Shown here piece after piece: positions 27,794-41,571 of a stretch of 64,000 nucleotides of DNA. The stretch's first letter is position 1. Every line of letters begins with the position of its first letter. Source of the DNA: the human T2T-CHM13v2.0 reference genome, Homo sapiens; the NCBI RefSeq assembly GCF_009914755.1, contig NC_060925.1; one strand, 5' to 3'. Position numbers and translations under genes: made by a program. Under the pieces are notes generated by a model. That model did not search any database. It saw only the letters and a list, made by a program, of their open reading frames with translations, and was not told the DNA's origin.

Positions 27794-28771
27794 GTAAGTA
27801 TTTGCACTTCTAATTAGTAGCAGAGAAAAACCTCAGAGATTCAAAACAGCTTGTATAATAGTCCCATTCTTTGGGTGCTTACCGTAACTAAAAAGCAAAC
27901 AAAGTAATGTTGATTTCTAATTGTTTCTACACTGTCCATAAATTTTAAGAAGTCTTGGCACTGTTATTGTTACTTCTCAAAATCATATGCTATGACTTTA
28001 TAGACTTGTAAGTTTTCCTCCTTGGGGCAGGTGCTTGGTAGAGACAACAGAAGATTTAAATAATGAGCAGCAATAGGTCATACAAAAGAGACAGAAGGCT
28101 CTCGAGTTTAACATGCCCTTCCCATCTTGAATGTTCGAATCTAATTTTACAACTTTCCCTTTAAGTTTCCTAACCACTTTGCACATTGTGCAAAGCTGCA
28201 TCTTTTGAAAAGTCAAAATGGCTTCTGGAATATGTCTCAGTATTCTTTCTTGTGATTAAGACAATGACAGCCAGAAGACAGAAATATTTTAAGAAGTGTA
28301 GCATTTCCGTCTCAGATCCGTAGTATGTGTCAACTCTCAATATGTAAGCATACAAAACCCCAAGGAGAAAATAAAAACTTAAAACTTGGCTTATGTGTTA
28401 GCTTGGAAAAATCATTAAAATGTCAGTTGTTTTTAATCATGAATAAGTATTCTTTATTCTGTCATGTAAATAGTTTCCATGTGTTTATGTAGTTAATTCA
28501 GTCATACTTTGAAATCATTAGGCTCCTTTATTGTTTTCTAGGTAAAATCTTCCTCTCTCATAGATCATTTTTTAAGTATAAAAGACAATAATATTGAACG
28601 CTATTATGTGATCAAAATTTATTTTTGGTATTGAGCCTTTTTTGAACACATATGAATAGTATTCTTCAAAGAGTTCAGTAGTAAAAGATGAGCTGTACAT
28701 GTGAAAGCTGTCTTTCTTCTAGTTGATGTAATGCAGGAATACTAATGTTCCTCATATCTTTTTATTTTCAG

Positions 28772-28981
28772 TATAAAGATGGCGTTCATGAATTACTTCT
28801 TACAGTCATCACCTGGGTGGGAATTGTCATTTCCCTTGTTTGCCTGGCTATCTGCATCTTCACCTTCTGCTTTTTCCGTGGCCTACAGAGTGACCGAAAT
28901 ACTATTCACAAGAACCTTTGTATCAACCTTTTCATTGCTGAATTTATTTTCCTAATAGGCATTGATAAGACAAAATATGCG
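28772..28981 (+). CDS. ADGRL2: TM1-TM2 exon (210 nt, phase 0-0)
   Basis: tttcag|TATAAA ... TATGCG|gtaagc; [24 protein letters not shown]...RNTIHKNLC. Confidence 0.97.
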
Positions 28982-29907
28982 GTAAGCACCAGTTGAGTTC
29001 ATTGACCTTAGATCTCTGAAAATTATTTTAGTAGGTGTGAGGTGACATATGATACTGATATTAATGTTTGACCTTGTAACTTGATAGAATTGATACGGCA
29101 ATATTGAAAGACAATTTGTAGTAAATTAAAAGACTGTCCAATTATTAAGTAATATTATGAACTAATTCATTTTATATATTAAGATACAGTCGAATTTTTC
29201 TGTGTTTTTATTAAGACATAATTTTAATAGAAGAATGCTGAGGATACAGTAATATAAAGATCCTATTTTAAAAATTCTTATTTTGTTTACATAGTCATTC
29301 TGACCAGTGATCCTTTCTTTGTATTCATAGCAATTGATTCATCATCATGAGGTCTTAATATCAGAAACAGAACTTAGTTAGTTAATGCTTCACCCTATAT
29401 TCATCTGCCCTTGGATAATTTTAAGAATGTTCCAGATATGACAGGAACTGGGTAATTAGAGCTAGGATTTTGTCATTAAAGCAAAATTTTAAAATTCCAT
29501 TATAGAAAAAAATAGAAATAATATATTTGCAAACAACACTTTTAAAGACTTGTGAAGCAAATCATCTACAAGTGGAATATTTAGATTTCATAACAGATAA
29601 TTCACAAATTATGAAGTTTTCTTATTTGATATTTAATTTCACTAAAAAATGTTATAGTAATGTTCTTCCTTGATGAAACCTAGCACACTTGGCATTATAC
29701 TCTGTGAACATGATAATCTTCAGATTTGTCAGGGTTTTTAGCTTGTTTCCAGTTACGAAAAAAATATTTTCAGGAAGCATTAGTTTACTCTGAATAATGT
29801 ATTTTTGAAATAATAGTGATTTCTCTTAGTGAGTATTTTATAATTTTGGAGTGGGCTATTTTTATTCATGAGTTTTCTTTTGTGTTTTTTGTTCTTTTCC
29901 CCCGTAG

Positions 29908-30128
29908 ATTGCATGCCCAATATTTGCAGGACTTCTACACTTTTTCTTTTTGGCAGCTTTTGCTTGGATGTGCCTAGAAGGTGTGCAGCTCTACCTAATG
30001 TTAGTTGAAGTTTTTGAAAGTGAATATTCAAGGAAAAAATATTACTATGTTGCTGGTTACTTGTTTCCTGCCACAGTGGTTGGAGTTTCAGCTGCTATTG
30101 ACTATAAGAGCTATGGAACAGAAAAAGC
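29908..30128 (+). CDS. ADGRL2: TM3-TM4 exon (221 nt, phase 0-2)
   Basis: ccgtag|ATTGCA ... AAAAGC|gtaagt; [29 protein letters not shown]...SYGTEK. Confidence 0.97.
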
Positions 30129-31445
30129 GTAAGTAATTGCAAGCGACCTGAGTGTTTTTCAAGTGAATAATTTTTTAAAGCCTGTTAGCTGTCAGTGAGG
30201 GTCCCTGACAGATTAAAATAGCATCTGAAAGCTTTATTGGTAAGAGAATGGGCATACCGTGCACAAATTACAATCAAGTCTTTTGCAATTTTCTGGGTTC
30301 AGAGGATTTGTACTCTGGCAAGGCAGATTCTAAATTATGGACTTTCTTTTTAACACAAAAGATTGACCTGAAACAAATTGAAAAAGTAAATAACTTTTTG
30401 GCCTTAGAAAGATATTAAGTAAAAATTCTTCTGAACTTAAAGCTTCTGACAGGTTTAACTACTCAGTGTTAAGCTAATGCTTCATTAGCTCTCTTTGTGC
30501 AGCTGACCCTCTATAGCTAACTCTCATTCTGAATTGTGACAGTAGCACATTCCATCCCATATGTTTTACTTTGATAATATTGTATCAGGCAGTTTGAAAG
30601 GATTAAAATAAGTCACTGTCTTTCGTTCATAAAAGTATAGATATTTACAGAAAGTGACAGAAGGTAGACATAGTCATGTTTCTAAGGATTTTATTTGCTA
30701 GAGGCATGAATTTGCCTTCCAATTCTGTTTATTTTTTTCCTTTGATAAAATTAGTTATATAAAGATTCTTTGGACTAAAGAAAGCTTTTTGACTGTACAG
30801 ATGATGAAAGACAAAAGAAATTCAGTGGGGATTCCATGTTATATGAAAAATGAACCACTAAGTAAAATCTGTCTTAATAAGTTTATGCATCATTTACTCT
30901 AATACTGTGTGAGTTCTGTGCTTTGATATCCTTTTCTAGCATTTATCCATTCCTAGTGGAGGTATTATATTTCTGCTACACTGTTTTGCAACAAACATAA
31001 CATCTGAACAGTTTTTGGGGGTTCTGTTAGGTTCCATAGGGTTAAGCACTTCAGCTCAGACAGATCTGAAAGGCAAATTTTGAAAATTATATGTAGGACT
31101 TTAAAATGATGAGACAATTTGCAATATTGAGTTTCAAGTCTGTCTTAGGGAAGTCAGAAGTCTTAAGGATTCAGTGGTGGAGTGGTGTTTATTGTCTTCC
31201 CCATACAAGCACGATTTTGTATGCTTTTATCAAATATAAAACCAGCAGTTTGAAGTAAATAAATTATTTTCCTTTGTTAAGTCAAAGCCAACTCAGAATT
31301 ATTAGAGGTCTTGCACATGATAAATGAATCTTCAAAGGCAAATGTAAAGATAGTTTTGTCTGTTAGGTTTTTAAAATCCTATTTTCCTTGTGATGTTGAG
31401 GTTCCATAGAAACTACTAATGCATATTCTTCTCTTTTCATAATAG

Positions 31446-31512
31446 TTGCTGGCTTCATGTTGATAACTACTTTATATGGAGCTTCATTGGACCTGTTACC
31501 TTCATTATTCTG
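31446..31512 (+). CDS. ADGRL2: ECL2-TM5 exon (67 nt, phase 2-0)
   Basis: aatag|TTGCTGG ... ATTCTG|gtaagc; [22 protein letters not shown]. Confidence 0.95.
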
Positions 31513-32221
31513 GTAAGCAGGTTCTGTTTTCCCTTGCTTTTTAGCTTGCTGCTTTAGCAGTGCTATTCAAACAAGGATAATTTGTTTTATTGTTTGTTTA
31601 TCTATCTATACAAAGATTTATAAATATGCCTGTCTCACAGGATAATAGTATATTTTAAATATTTTTTATAAACTTGCTAATTAATATTTCTGAAAATCTT
31701 TACTCTAAAAAGTACTTTTTCTCATTTCTAATTTAATAAGCTGACATATCACATCATAATCTAAAAAACATGCTTACATATAGGCCATGTTATAAATTAA
31801 ATGAATATGTCAGAAAAGTGAAAGAATATTACCTTAATTTTTATTATCTTAGTTTCCACATAGTAATTTAATGAATTACTATGTAATTCTAATGAATTAA
31901 TTTTAAGTGAATTTTAAATGAATATCCACATCCTCAATGCTTTTTAGTATATAAAAAGTTGTTTAAGCTTGCATTAACGAATGACTATTAAATCAACTTA
32001 AAATTTATTAGAAATAAAATTACTTCTATAAGACTGAAGATACCAAATGAATATACTAGTTTAAGAAATGCTATTTTTAAATGAATTTGATGCAAGTCAA
32101 GGATAACGACATTAAGATATTTTTAAACATCTTATATTACCCTTAGTCACATTTGAGATATAGTTGAAATAAAGGAGTGTAGCTACAGTATCTAGACTTT
32201 GGTATTTAAAACTTTCACTCA

Positions 32222-32522
32222 GGCCTGGACATGGTGGCTCACACCTATAATCCCAGTATTTTGGGAGGCTGAGGCAGGAGGATCACTTGAGGCAAGGAGT
32301 TAGAGGCTAGCCTGGACTTCATAGCAAGACCTCCCCTCTACAATAATATTTTTAAATTAGTTCGGTGTTGAGGCACATTCCTGTAGTCCCAGATACTCAG
32401 GAGGCAGAGGCAGAAGGATCTCTTGTGCCCAGGAGCACAAGGCTGCGGTGAGCTATGATTGCACCACTGCACCCCAGCCTGGGCAACAGAGCGAGACCCT
32501 GTCTTAAAAAAAAAAAAAAAAA
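32222..32522 (+). mobile_element. Alu, AluJ-like
   Basis: Diverged dimer with GGAGGATCACTTGAGG and CAAGGCTGCGGTGAGCTATGATTGC; A tail. Confidence 0.92.
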
Positions 32523-35500
32523 CTTGCTCAGTTGTAGCACTATGGTGAGAAATGGTGTTATTAACTCTGAAAAGGAAACATAAATACTTCCTATTTTAAG
32601 AAGTTTTTCTTACTTTTTTTTCAAAAACGTAACACAAATGAGCTCCTTTGGATCTTTTCATGGTTAAGCAGTGTTTCATGAAATTGAGAAAAACTTCTAG
32701 TACTTGAAGGAAACTTAAAACCACTTCAAGTGTATATTTGTTTGTCATTAAAATTAATTATTTTACACAATTACTTATACAAAGTGAAATGAAAATTTGA
32801 GATGAATGCCTGTATGAATTAAACCAGTAAAACATTCTCAAGTATTCCTGGGAAAACTGATTTCTCATCAGAATTATTAAATCTGATGATTGCCCAAGTT
32901 TTTGTTCTTGGTGTTCATATGTTAACACAGCCTAAGCCTGTCTAGAGTTCAATGGCTGACATGAAGAGGCATGATCCTTGAAGACATAACCTTCCATTTT
33001 CCTCTAAGACCTTCGTCAAACACATAAGTTGCAAAAATGTAAAGACTGCTTTAGGGATATTTGGCCAATGAGGCTATCATGTGTTTACTCCTTTTATACT
33101 GTAGTTTTATTTATTTGATATCTGTGAAGATAAGTACTGACTTTAGATCATTAAAAAACATTTCAATTAGCAAAAGAAGTTAATTTTCAACATACTCAGC
33201 TTTTAGTAAGAAAAAAGGGTAAAGGACATTTTATTATGTTGTTCATTTATAGTAGAGCACACTATTACTTTATAAGTCTTGTCATTATTGTCCTCTACCA
33301 AATCCTTCAGGTTGAGATGTGAATGGCTTTTTCAACAGCATTCTCAAACACAAACCCCAGTAGGTAGCAATCCCAGTACAGATCTTGTTGGAATTCTCCT
33401 GCGATTGCTTTGCTTTCTAATTTTCCCAACAGAGAGAAATTAAGAGTGGTATAGGAGTACAAAACAGCGTCTTGCAAAAGAATATCTAACTTAAATTGAG
33501 ATATGATATGATGATACAGTGTGTGTGGGGAAAAAATATATATATATATCTTCCCTCTGGTGATGATAAGACATGTAAACTCAATTCAGGCACAAATCTT
33601 AATAATATAGATTGTATTGTATACTATCCTTTTAAGGAATATTCCCATAACAACAATTACCTATTGCTATTCCTAGGAAAGTATAGCTTTGCATTTTCAG
33701 TTTTTCTGAATTGAAACTGTTTCACTTAGTTGTATTAAATAGGTGTACATTCTAAATAATAATCTATGAAGAAAAATAATATGCTAAGGAAGATAAAACT
33801 TCCTACTTCTGCATTTCTATAGGATGTCTTGCCTACAGGCACTAGAGTTATTATATCTATGAGAAAAGTGCTGGTAAGTAATGAGCAGTGGGAAACCATT
33901 AGTATGCCTGAAATGGTTTAATGAAAGCTTGGATCATGACACGTCAGGAGCTGTTCTTATCATTTGGACAGCTCCATCTGCATCGTTAATAATTAATTCA
34001 GTTCAGTAAGAGTTCAGCTCACACACTCATTTAGAAGTCTTCTTCAGAGAACACCTCTCTGGCTGCTAGTCCCAGGGAGAAATAGGTTTCTGCTTGGCTA
34101 ACAGCAAAGATCTGGAGATACAAGTATAGCTTTAGAGTTGCATTTGCCAGGTAGCAAAAGCTCCAGGGAGGACAAAAAGGGTCAGAACGTGCACAGTTCA
34201 GCTAGGTTACTTCAGAGTGATGTTTCTGTTCTTCTGTCTTATCATATCCATGTCAGCACTGCAAGCTGTGGAATGAATTTTAAGCTGCTAAGCTCAGACG
34301 GATGTGATTCAATTGAGCAGGTTGATGACCATAAAACAAACTGTGCACTCCTATAATCTGTGGTACCTTTTTCTTTCTTAAAATTTCTTTGTATTTTTAT
34401 GTTCATCAATATGGGTGATGTTTAGCTGTGTCATATCATTAAGCAGTTTGAATTTTATCAGCAAATTATATTGGTGGGTTATTATAAATAATAATTTATG
34501 AAATTATTGTTTGGGGATAGGTAAAAGAATGATCTTTGTCAGTGGGAGAGAAAAAAAAATGTCCCAGTTTGATGACTTACTCTTTTTGGCTGAATAAGGA
34601 TTTTTTTTTTCTTGATTTGTTCTCACTCAACAGACTTATCTTAAAAGATAGCCATCTATTTACCTGTACACACACACCTGCACACAGACACACACACGCC
34701 CAGAGCTAAGCTAAAATCTGATTCTTGAATGAGTTGTTTCATCCCCAGAATTAATTATTAGCATGGACATTTAGCCTGGTGGGTTGTCATATGTATGTAC
34801 CACAATCCTAATAGCCTATACTTACTAGTAGTGGCTTCTGTGTGGATAATTGAGTAACTGCATGTACTTACCAAGTTTAGACAAATGTTTGTGTGCGCAG
34901 CTGTAACTCCACCTTTTTCCTTTCTCACTGATGCATGCAGCCTTTCAACCTATGCCAAAATATTATGTTTAAACTTCGTAGTATTTACACTGAAAAGAAA
35001 AAACAAAGAGCAAGAGGGTCAAAGAGTGGCTGCATTGGAATTCAAGGGAGAAGAGCAGCAATTGGATGGTAGAGACATTGTTCTCTCCCTGCCTCTTTGC
35101 CTGCCTTCCATTGAGAAATAGGGGAAATACCATGTTGGATGGTTGTGATTTATTTTGTAAATGCGTATCAAAGGCAGAAAAATAAATTGGGCAAAAGTAA
35201 AAGTAAGGAGGAGAAAGAAATCACTTATTATAATTGGTGGGGGCGGGGGAGAAGGGGAAAGCACAGAAGTATATGGATGGAAAGAGCCATTTATGTCATG
35301 AGAAAAATGCAAAGAAGAAAGGAACTCAGACTTGCAGCCAGTAGTTTATTTGAAACCTACCTTTTTTGTCTTAAAATGACTACAGATTTTTATCAAAGAT
35401 GTGTTTATTTGCCCCTCTGCCTCTTGTTCTCATTTCCACAGTTGTATTTTAAGAAAACAAGAAAGAAGTAAGAAAGGGGAAAAAATTTTTGGAATATTTT

Positions 35501-38500
35501 CCCCTGCAAAATTATAATTATCAGAATGTATTGCCTCCTGAAAAAGATTGCAGCAACAATATTTATTCTATCAAACTAAAATTTAGCATTACATTTTTTT
35601 AACATTGGAGAAAATAAGATAACTGTAAAACCACATTTTTAAAAATGTATCTGTGCTTCAGTATATGTTCTATTTAATTCCAGAAGATATTTTATTGTCA
35701 TATATGTTGGTGGTAACATAAATTGTTGAGCATCAAAGTGATATAAAAATTTTTGTATTTCTCTAATAAGACTAGTAAATAATATGTATTGGTGAAATTT
35801 TTTTCTTTAGTTGGGAAAAAGAAAAATCTTATTCAGTATTATTTTGCCATCTTACGATTTATGTCATATGCTTTATTTCATAATTAATTAGTCTTGAAAT
35901 GATGATATTTTGTCCTCTTCCACATACCATTGCCTCATTATTTGTATGCTTTCAAGTCGTGTTTCAGAGGCTAACTTAGTGTTGGGTTTAACTATAAATT
36001 TCTTTACATCTAGATATTAGTGCATTAGCTAAAAGTTTTATTTTCAGTTTCTTCAAGTTGGAGAATTCAGACACTTGTAATTTGAGCGCAAAGATCCCTC
36101 AAAGTTATGATTATTTTTCCAATACTTTTAGTTGTCTTTAAAGGAACTCACTTTCAAATCTTTTAAAACATTCCATTTTAAGTATGTTAGAAACAGCTTT
36201 AAAAAATTTTGTTCTTACATTTGCACTTGGATTTATGAGCTTATGTGATATTTAGCAATGTAAAAGTATAAATGACATAAACAGGTTTAGAAAAAATACA
36301 ACTAACTGTTGTTAAGCATGTGACTTGACTAGTGGGAGTAGAAGCGTGGCCAATTGCTGATTGTGGGATGCTAGTGTTTTACAAAGGAAATGGAGAATTA
36401 GTTAATTCTGGCAAATCCGTCAGGCAGAAGTCATTTGATGAGCATACCTATTATGTAAATAACATAAATAGGATTTCTTTGAGGCAGTATTTTATATGTT
36501 AATTTATTTATCTTCAATTCATTCATCTCTGAGTGATTTTTAAGTTGGATTACTTTTTATAGAAATGGAAACTTTTAAATATAGACTTAGTATATCTTTG
36601 TTAGGAGACTTCTAATCTTTTCACCCAGAATAAATTGGTTAATTTTATATGGGAAGTCTGTGGGCTGTAGAGCCCAGACCACAGTATATTGAATCCCAGC
36701 CCTGAAATATAGTATCTAAGTAATCTTTGGAAGGACACATCTCAATTATTTGTAAAACGGGTATACAAGTGCTGCCTGCTACCACTGTATATAGGATTGT
36801 AGCTGTATTTTTCCTCTGTAATTTTCTTTATTTTCTGAACTTGTATTGTGAATGTATTGTATGTGTAACTAGAAAGATACATTAAACACATGTAATGTCA
36901 AAAACCTCAGTTAAGTGAGGGGAGCAAAAGAGGAGAAATGCATTGAACAGTCTGTTTTTAAAGGATTAATTGAGATAAGTTTTCTATGGCATATTCACCT
37001 TGGTTAGTATTAACTAGGAAGAATGACTTTATCATACTTAAGTCTTGATTGTATTTTTATATTGGTAGATTTCATTTTAGTATGTCACTTTTATTGGAAA
37101 GTTGTCCCTGATTTTTGCCATTGAAAAATATTTCTTCTGAGTTCACTTCTAAGATTTTATCATTTTCTACTCCTCTTCTTTTTGCAATATAATACTTTAT
37201 ATGTTCACATTTTTCCACATTCACATTTTTTAGTTTCCTTATAAATTTTATACATTGTAGTGGATAATGAATAACTTCTTTCTTTCCAGAATGTTTTAGT
37301 ACTACTAATATTTTGTTCCCAAGGGAATAATTAATATGCTTAGAAAATTATGAACACCAAATTATGGTCCTGTACACTTCAGGAAATTGTTTAAGAAGAG
37401 CAAGGAAAAAAAACCCTTATGTTCAGAAGTTTGGGATAAAAGAAAGTAAATTGTTCTTATCAGGCCATTCAAAAACAAAGAGTCAGAAACAAAGGGAGAA
37501 CAATTTAAAGGATTTTAATTGTGAATCTGCAAAGCAGCCATCTTACCTATTATAGTCAGTTTATTTGTTTACTTGGGTTTTTATTTCTCTGTTTATTTTT
37601 AGGATGTTTATAGAGTTCTTGTTTTTAACCATTCTTGAATTTTACTAGTTAAAGCTAGTGTTGCATAAAATTAAAAAAAAAACACACTCTTAATTTTTGC
37701 CTTTAAAAAATAATTAGAGGTACACTTTACCATGATTCTTTAAAAGCCTAATCAGATATGTACTATACTACCAAAGGACCTCTAATTTCTCAAAGGCAGA
37801 AATTGTGTCTTACCTCATCCACAATACAATAAGCACATCCTTGTACGGAACAAGGTCAATAAATATTTGTTGAATGAAATGTATCATATTGTAACATCTC
37901 CGAAAATTCAAGCATTTATTTATATTATGACCAACTAGAATGTTATGGAAAATAAAGCCAGATAATGTTTCTACAATTGTATTTACTTTTTCTCTAGATG
38001 TATTTTAAGACATTATTAAATTTTTTTTAAACAAAGCACTGTTTTTGTCCTTAAGTAATTAACATCAAAGGACAGAATGTTACCTGCCAACACTTGTAAA
38101 ATTTTGCCCATTGACCTCATTTATCCCTTAAGAGGGAATTCTCCATCTAAGAGAAATCATAGGGCACAGTGGACAAAATGACTGGATAGATACACAGCCT
38201 ACATTAAAGCTTTCCTTAGCTCTGCTCCTAAACTCATCATTAGGAAGGACTTGGAAATTTTTATTTATTGCCCTATATCACTTTTGCTAATTATAAAGTC
38301 AGAAGTAGTGAAAGATGAATAAAATAGTGTTACCATTTGATCATGTGATATTGTGACTCAGTAAAAATGATCATGTTACTGTAACACTGTTATGCTGATT
38401 ATCTGCAACAAGGAATTAAATTCATCCTTACCTATAATAGGTGAAATGGGTCTTTTTCTGAATATACTATTTCTGGTATTCTCTTAAGTAACGTACAGCT

Positions 38501-38929
38501 CACAAAATGACTTTTTTTTCCTTTTAAAAAGTAATCTAAAAATAAAATGGCAAAAAAAAATTCAGGAACAATGTAGCTTAGTTCTATTTTTGGAGCATAA
38601 AAATGGAACTGCCTCCTCTTCTTCCAACATTCTGCCAGGTGTCTGTAGAAACAAATGCAAATTACCAACCTTTGTCTCTCAGTCAAAACACAGCTCCTTT
38701 TCCTCTGAGCAAGCTCATGTTGACCTCTTGGAATCCACTCACTTTCCTTCTTGTCAGATTCCATCTTCCTCATTTTGCTTTTGTTTGCACCTAGATTCTT
38801 TGCATAGCTGAATGTTTAGAAAGACTCAAAACAGCATTTTGTCAGAATGTATCTACTTCCTTACAATACAGAGACATAGAAAAAAAAGACTGATGATGGC
38901 TTTTAACAGTTAAATGGCAAAACATACCT

Positions 38930-39095
38930 ATATAAACTTTATCTTACTTTATATAACAAACGTTTATCATGTTACTTCATTTGATCCCCACAATTGCCTT
39001 ATGAATAGATTGGACAGATGTTATTATCCTCATTTAATCAGTCAAAATCAAGAGCTAGACTCACAGCCAAGACTTATGGTTTCAAACCCAGCAAT
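38930..39095 (-). mobile_element. MIR fragment
   Basis: cttcatttgatccccacaattgccttatgaatag...gttattatcctcattt. Confidence 0.55.
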
Positions 39096-39463
39096 TTTGT
39101 AGATTACATGATGTACATTATGTAAATGCTCCTTCTAAGGAATTCACTTTAGTGTTTCCATCAGATGGTTTTTAGGCCCTGAAGTACATCTAGCTAAAGA
39201 AACTAATTTAGGTTTTCTAATTTATTTAATCATTACCACATAATACTGACTTAATGAGGTTGCAATTTGATGTCAAATGATCTATTAAAGAATTGATCAT
39301 ACATAGCCAGAGTATTTTTTATGTAGACTCAACTTGATCATTGCATACATAAAAAAAATTATATCAGTATCTTCCATATAAACATGGATCGATACATTTG
39401 CAAGAACTATTCATTTTTCAGCTCTTTGTTCATTGTGGTCTAATTCTTTATTTGTTACAACAG

Positions 39464-39555
39464 CTAAATATTATCTTCTTGGTGATCACATTGTGCAAAA
39501 TGGTGAAGCATTCAAACACTTTGAAACCAGATTCTAGCAGGTTGGAAAACATTAA
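39464..39555 (+). CDS. ADGRL2: TM5-ICL3 exon (92 nt, phase 0-2)
   Basis: caacag|CTAAAT ... ATTAA|gtaagt; [30 protein letters not shown]. Confidence 0.95.
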
Positions 39556-40389
39556 GTAAGTATTTTGTATTTTAATTTTAATACTTGACAAACTAAGTAA
39601 AAGATACTCTCCACAGGGAACACAGGGATTTCTACCTTCTATCAACTGTAGAAATTATTCAGAATGAAGTTTTACTGCCCTCAAGTTGAATCTCAGTGTT
39701 ACTATATCACTGATACTGGTCAAAAATTAGATAATAATTGCTGTCTTGATCTAGAGCCAATAAATTGTTTCAGTGGCTTTGTGGAAATTCCATATCACTG
39801 TAGCAATTTCATTTGAATTTAAAATGCAGTTCAAAATGATTTTCGTATTTGCATGGCTGATATGATTATATTAAGTTTGTTTTGTTAAATGACTTTTTGC
39901 TTTAAGGATTCTGAGCAGTTTCCACTCCTAATCCTGTTTTCCTAAGAGAATTTACTCTATTACTATTGTTAACTTGAAGATTATCTGTTGTTTTCATGCT
40001 AAACAAATATTTACTTTTTCTTAATGTTGAATAAAAGCTGCAATATTCTGTCAATGGAGAAAATGCTATCTAATTAACAACAAATGATAGCTGTTGTTCA
40101 TTAAATCATCTTATGGAAACATTTTCAGAGTTACCTTTAAAATATGTGAGCCTTGTAATTTAGAATTTGAGAAGGTATTATTCAAGTTGGTTATAATGTG
40201 ATTGTAAAAAATACTATTTTTAATGTCAAAAATGGCAGATCTATAGTAAGGGTAAATTTTTTTTTAATTAGATGTTTTAGATAGGTTAGTGCCAGCTTCA
40301 TTGCATGTTGCATGGTAAGAGAGAGAGCTAATCTTTAGCATCTCTCTCTTTTCTTCCTTTTCCTCTTTCTGTCTTCTCATCTACACCAG

Positions 40390-40434
40390 TAATTACCGTG
40401 TTTGTGATGGCTACTATAATACGGACTTACCTGG
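40390..40434 (+). CDS. ADGRL2: 45-nt ICL3 cassette exon, (N)NYRVCDGYYNTDLP(G)
   Basis: Pyrimidine tract 40341-40382, ccag|TAATTAC ... CCTGG|gtaagg; phase 2-2, no stop. Confidence 0.85.
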
Positions 40435-40718
40435 GTAAGGTAGAACCCTACATTAACAAATTTATGGCATGATTTGTATTTTTTACAAATTCGTCAGTAT
40501 CATGAATTGCCCTTAATTTTTATAATTATTTTGAAATATCTAATTTGCTATAGTATTTTTAAACTATAATATGCCTTTATTTTTTAATTGCTTGCCTCTG
40601 CATTTTGACTTTCTTAATTTTGACTAATTTATAAAATATATAAATGCTTTCTTATTACTTTCTATTTTAATTCTGTCTAATAATTTTGTTTCTCTTTTCT
40701 GCTTATAATGCTTTCTAG

Positions 40719-40745
40719 CTATGAAGATAATAAGCCATTTATCAA
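40719..40745 (+). CDS. ADGRL2: 27-nt ICL3 microexon, YEDNKPFI(K)
   Basis: ttctag|CTATGAA ... ATCAA|gtaaga; phase 2-2; resembles the ADGRL3 ICL3 insert as I recall it (YEDNRPFIK). Confidence 0.85.
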
Positions 40746-41402
40746 GTAAGATCATTAGTTAGACATGGAATGCACTGACTTTAAATCCTTCTCATTCCGT
40801 CCTATTTTCTACAGTTCTTTTCTTCTTAAGCTGTTCATGACGAAATCTCTCCAAAATTATTTTATTTTGAAGTTGTTCTCATGTTTTTGTCTCATTTCAG
40901 CTAGGCTTCTTCATGCTTTAGTTATAAAACCTTAGGTTCACCTAAGACTAGTTTATTAGAATCTGAAGTTTAGGTGTTAAGTGATTATCTGCCATTTAAC
41001 CTTTCTGTATGTGTCACATTATTTAGTGTCATGTGAGTACACCATAGGAATAAAAATACAGGAGTAAATTAATTAAGCACTCCTTAATTTCTTTTATCAA
41101 AATGCACATAAAAGACAAAGTCATAGGGGATATGTTACACGTTGTATTTTAATATAGTTTTGATACTTTGTTTATTCTGGAATAAGAAAAGGTCATACCT
41201 GCTGTTGCTGTTTTCACTGGAGGCTGCAGTACTAAATGCTATTGTTCTTTCTTAATCAGAGAAAGGTTAAAACCAAAATGCTGTTGAATATGAATGTGAA
41301 CATAGAGAAAGTCAACTGCTACTACTGATATGTTAACATTTAAGCGTGATGTGTGTTTTTTGCTCATTGAACCTGTTAAAAAAGTTCACTTTATTTTTCC
41401 AG

Positions 41403-41571
41403 GTCTTGGGTGCTTGGCGCTTTCGCTCTTCTGTGTCTTCTTGGCCTCACCTGGTCCTTTGGGTTGCTTTTTATTAATGAGGAGACTATTGTGATGGCAT
41501 ATCTCTTCACTATATTTAATGCTTTCCAGGGAGTGTTCATTTTCATCTTTCACTGTGCTCTCCAAAAGAAA
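41403..41571 (+). CDS. ADGRL2: TM6-TM7 exon (169 nt, phase 2-0)
   Basis: ttccag|GTCTTGG ... AAGAAA|gtaagt; [20 protein letters not shown]...[18 protein letters not shown]. Confidence 0.97.
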
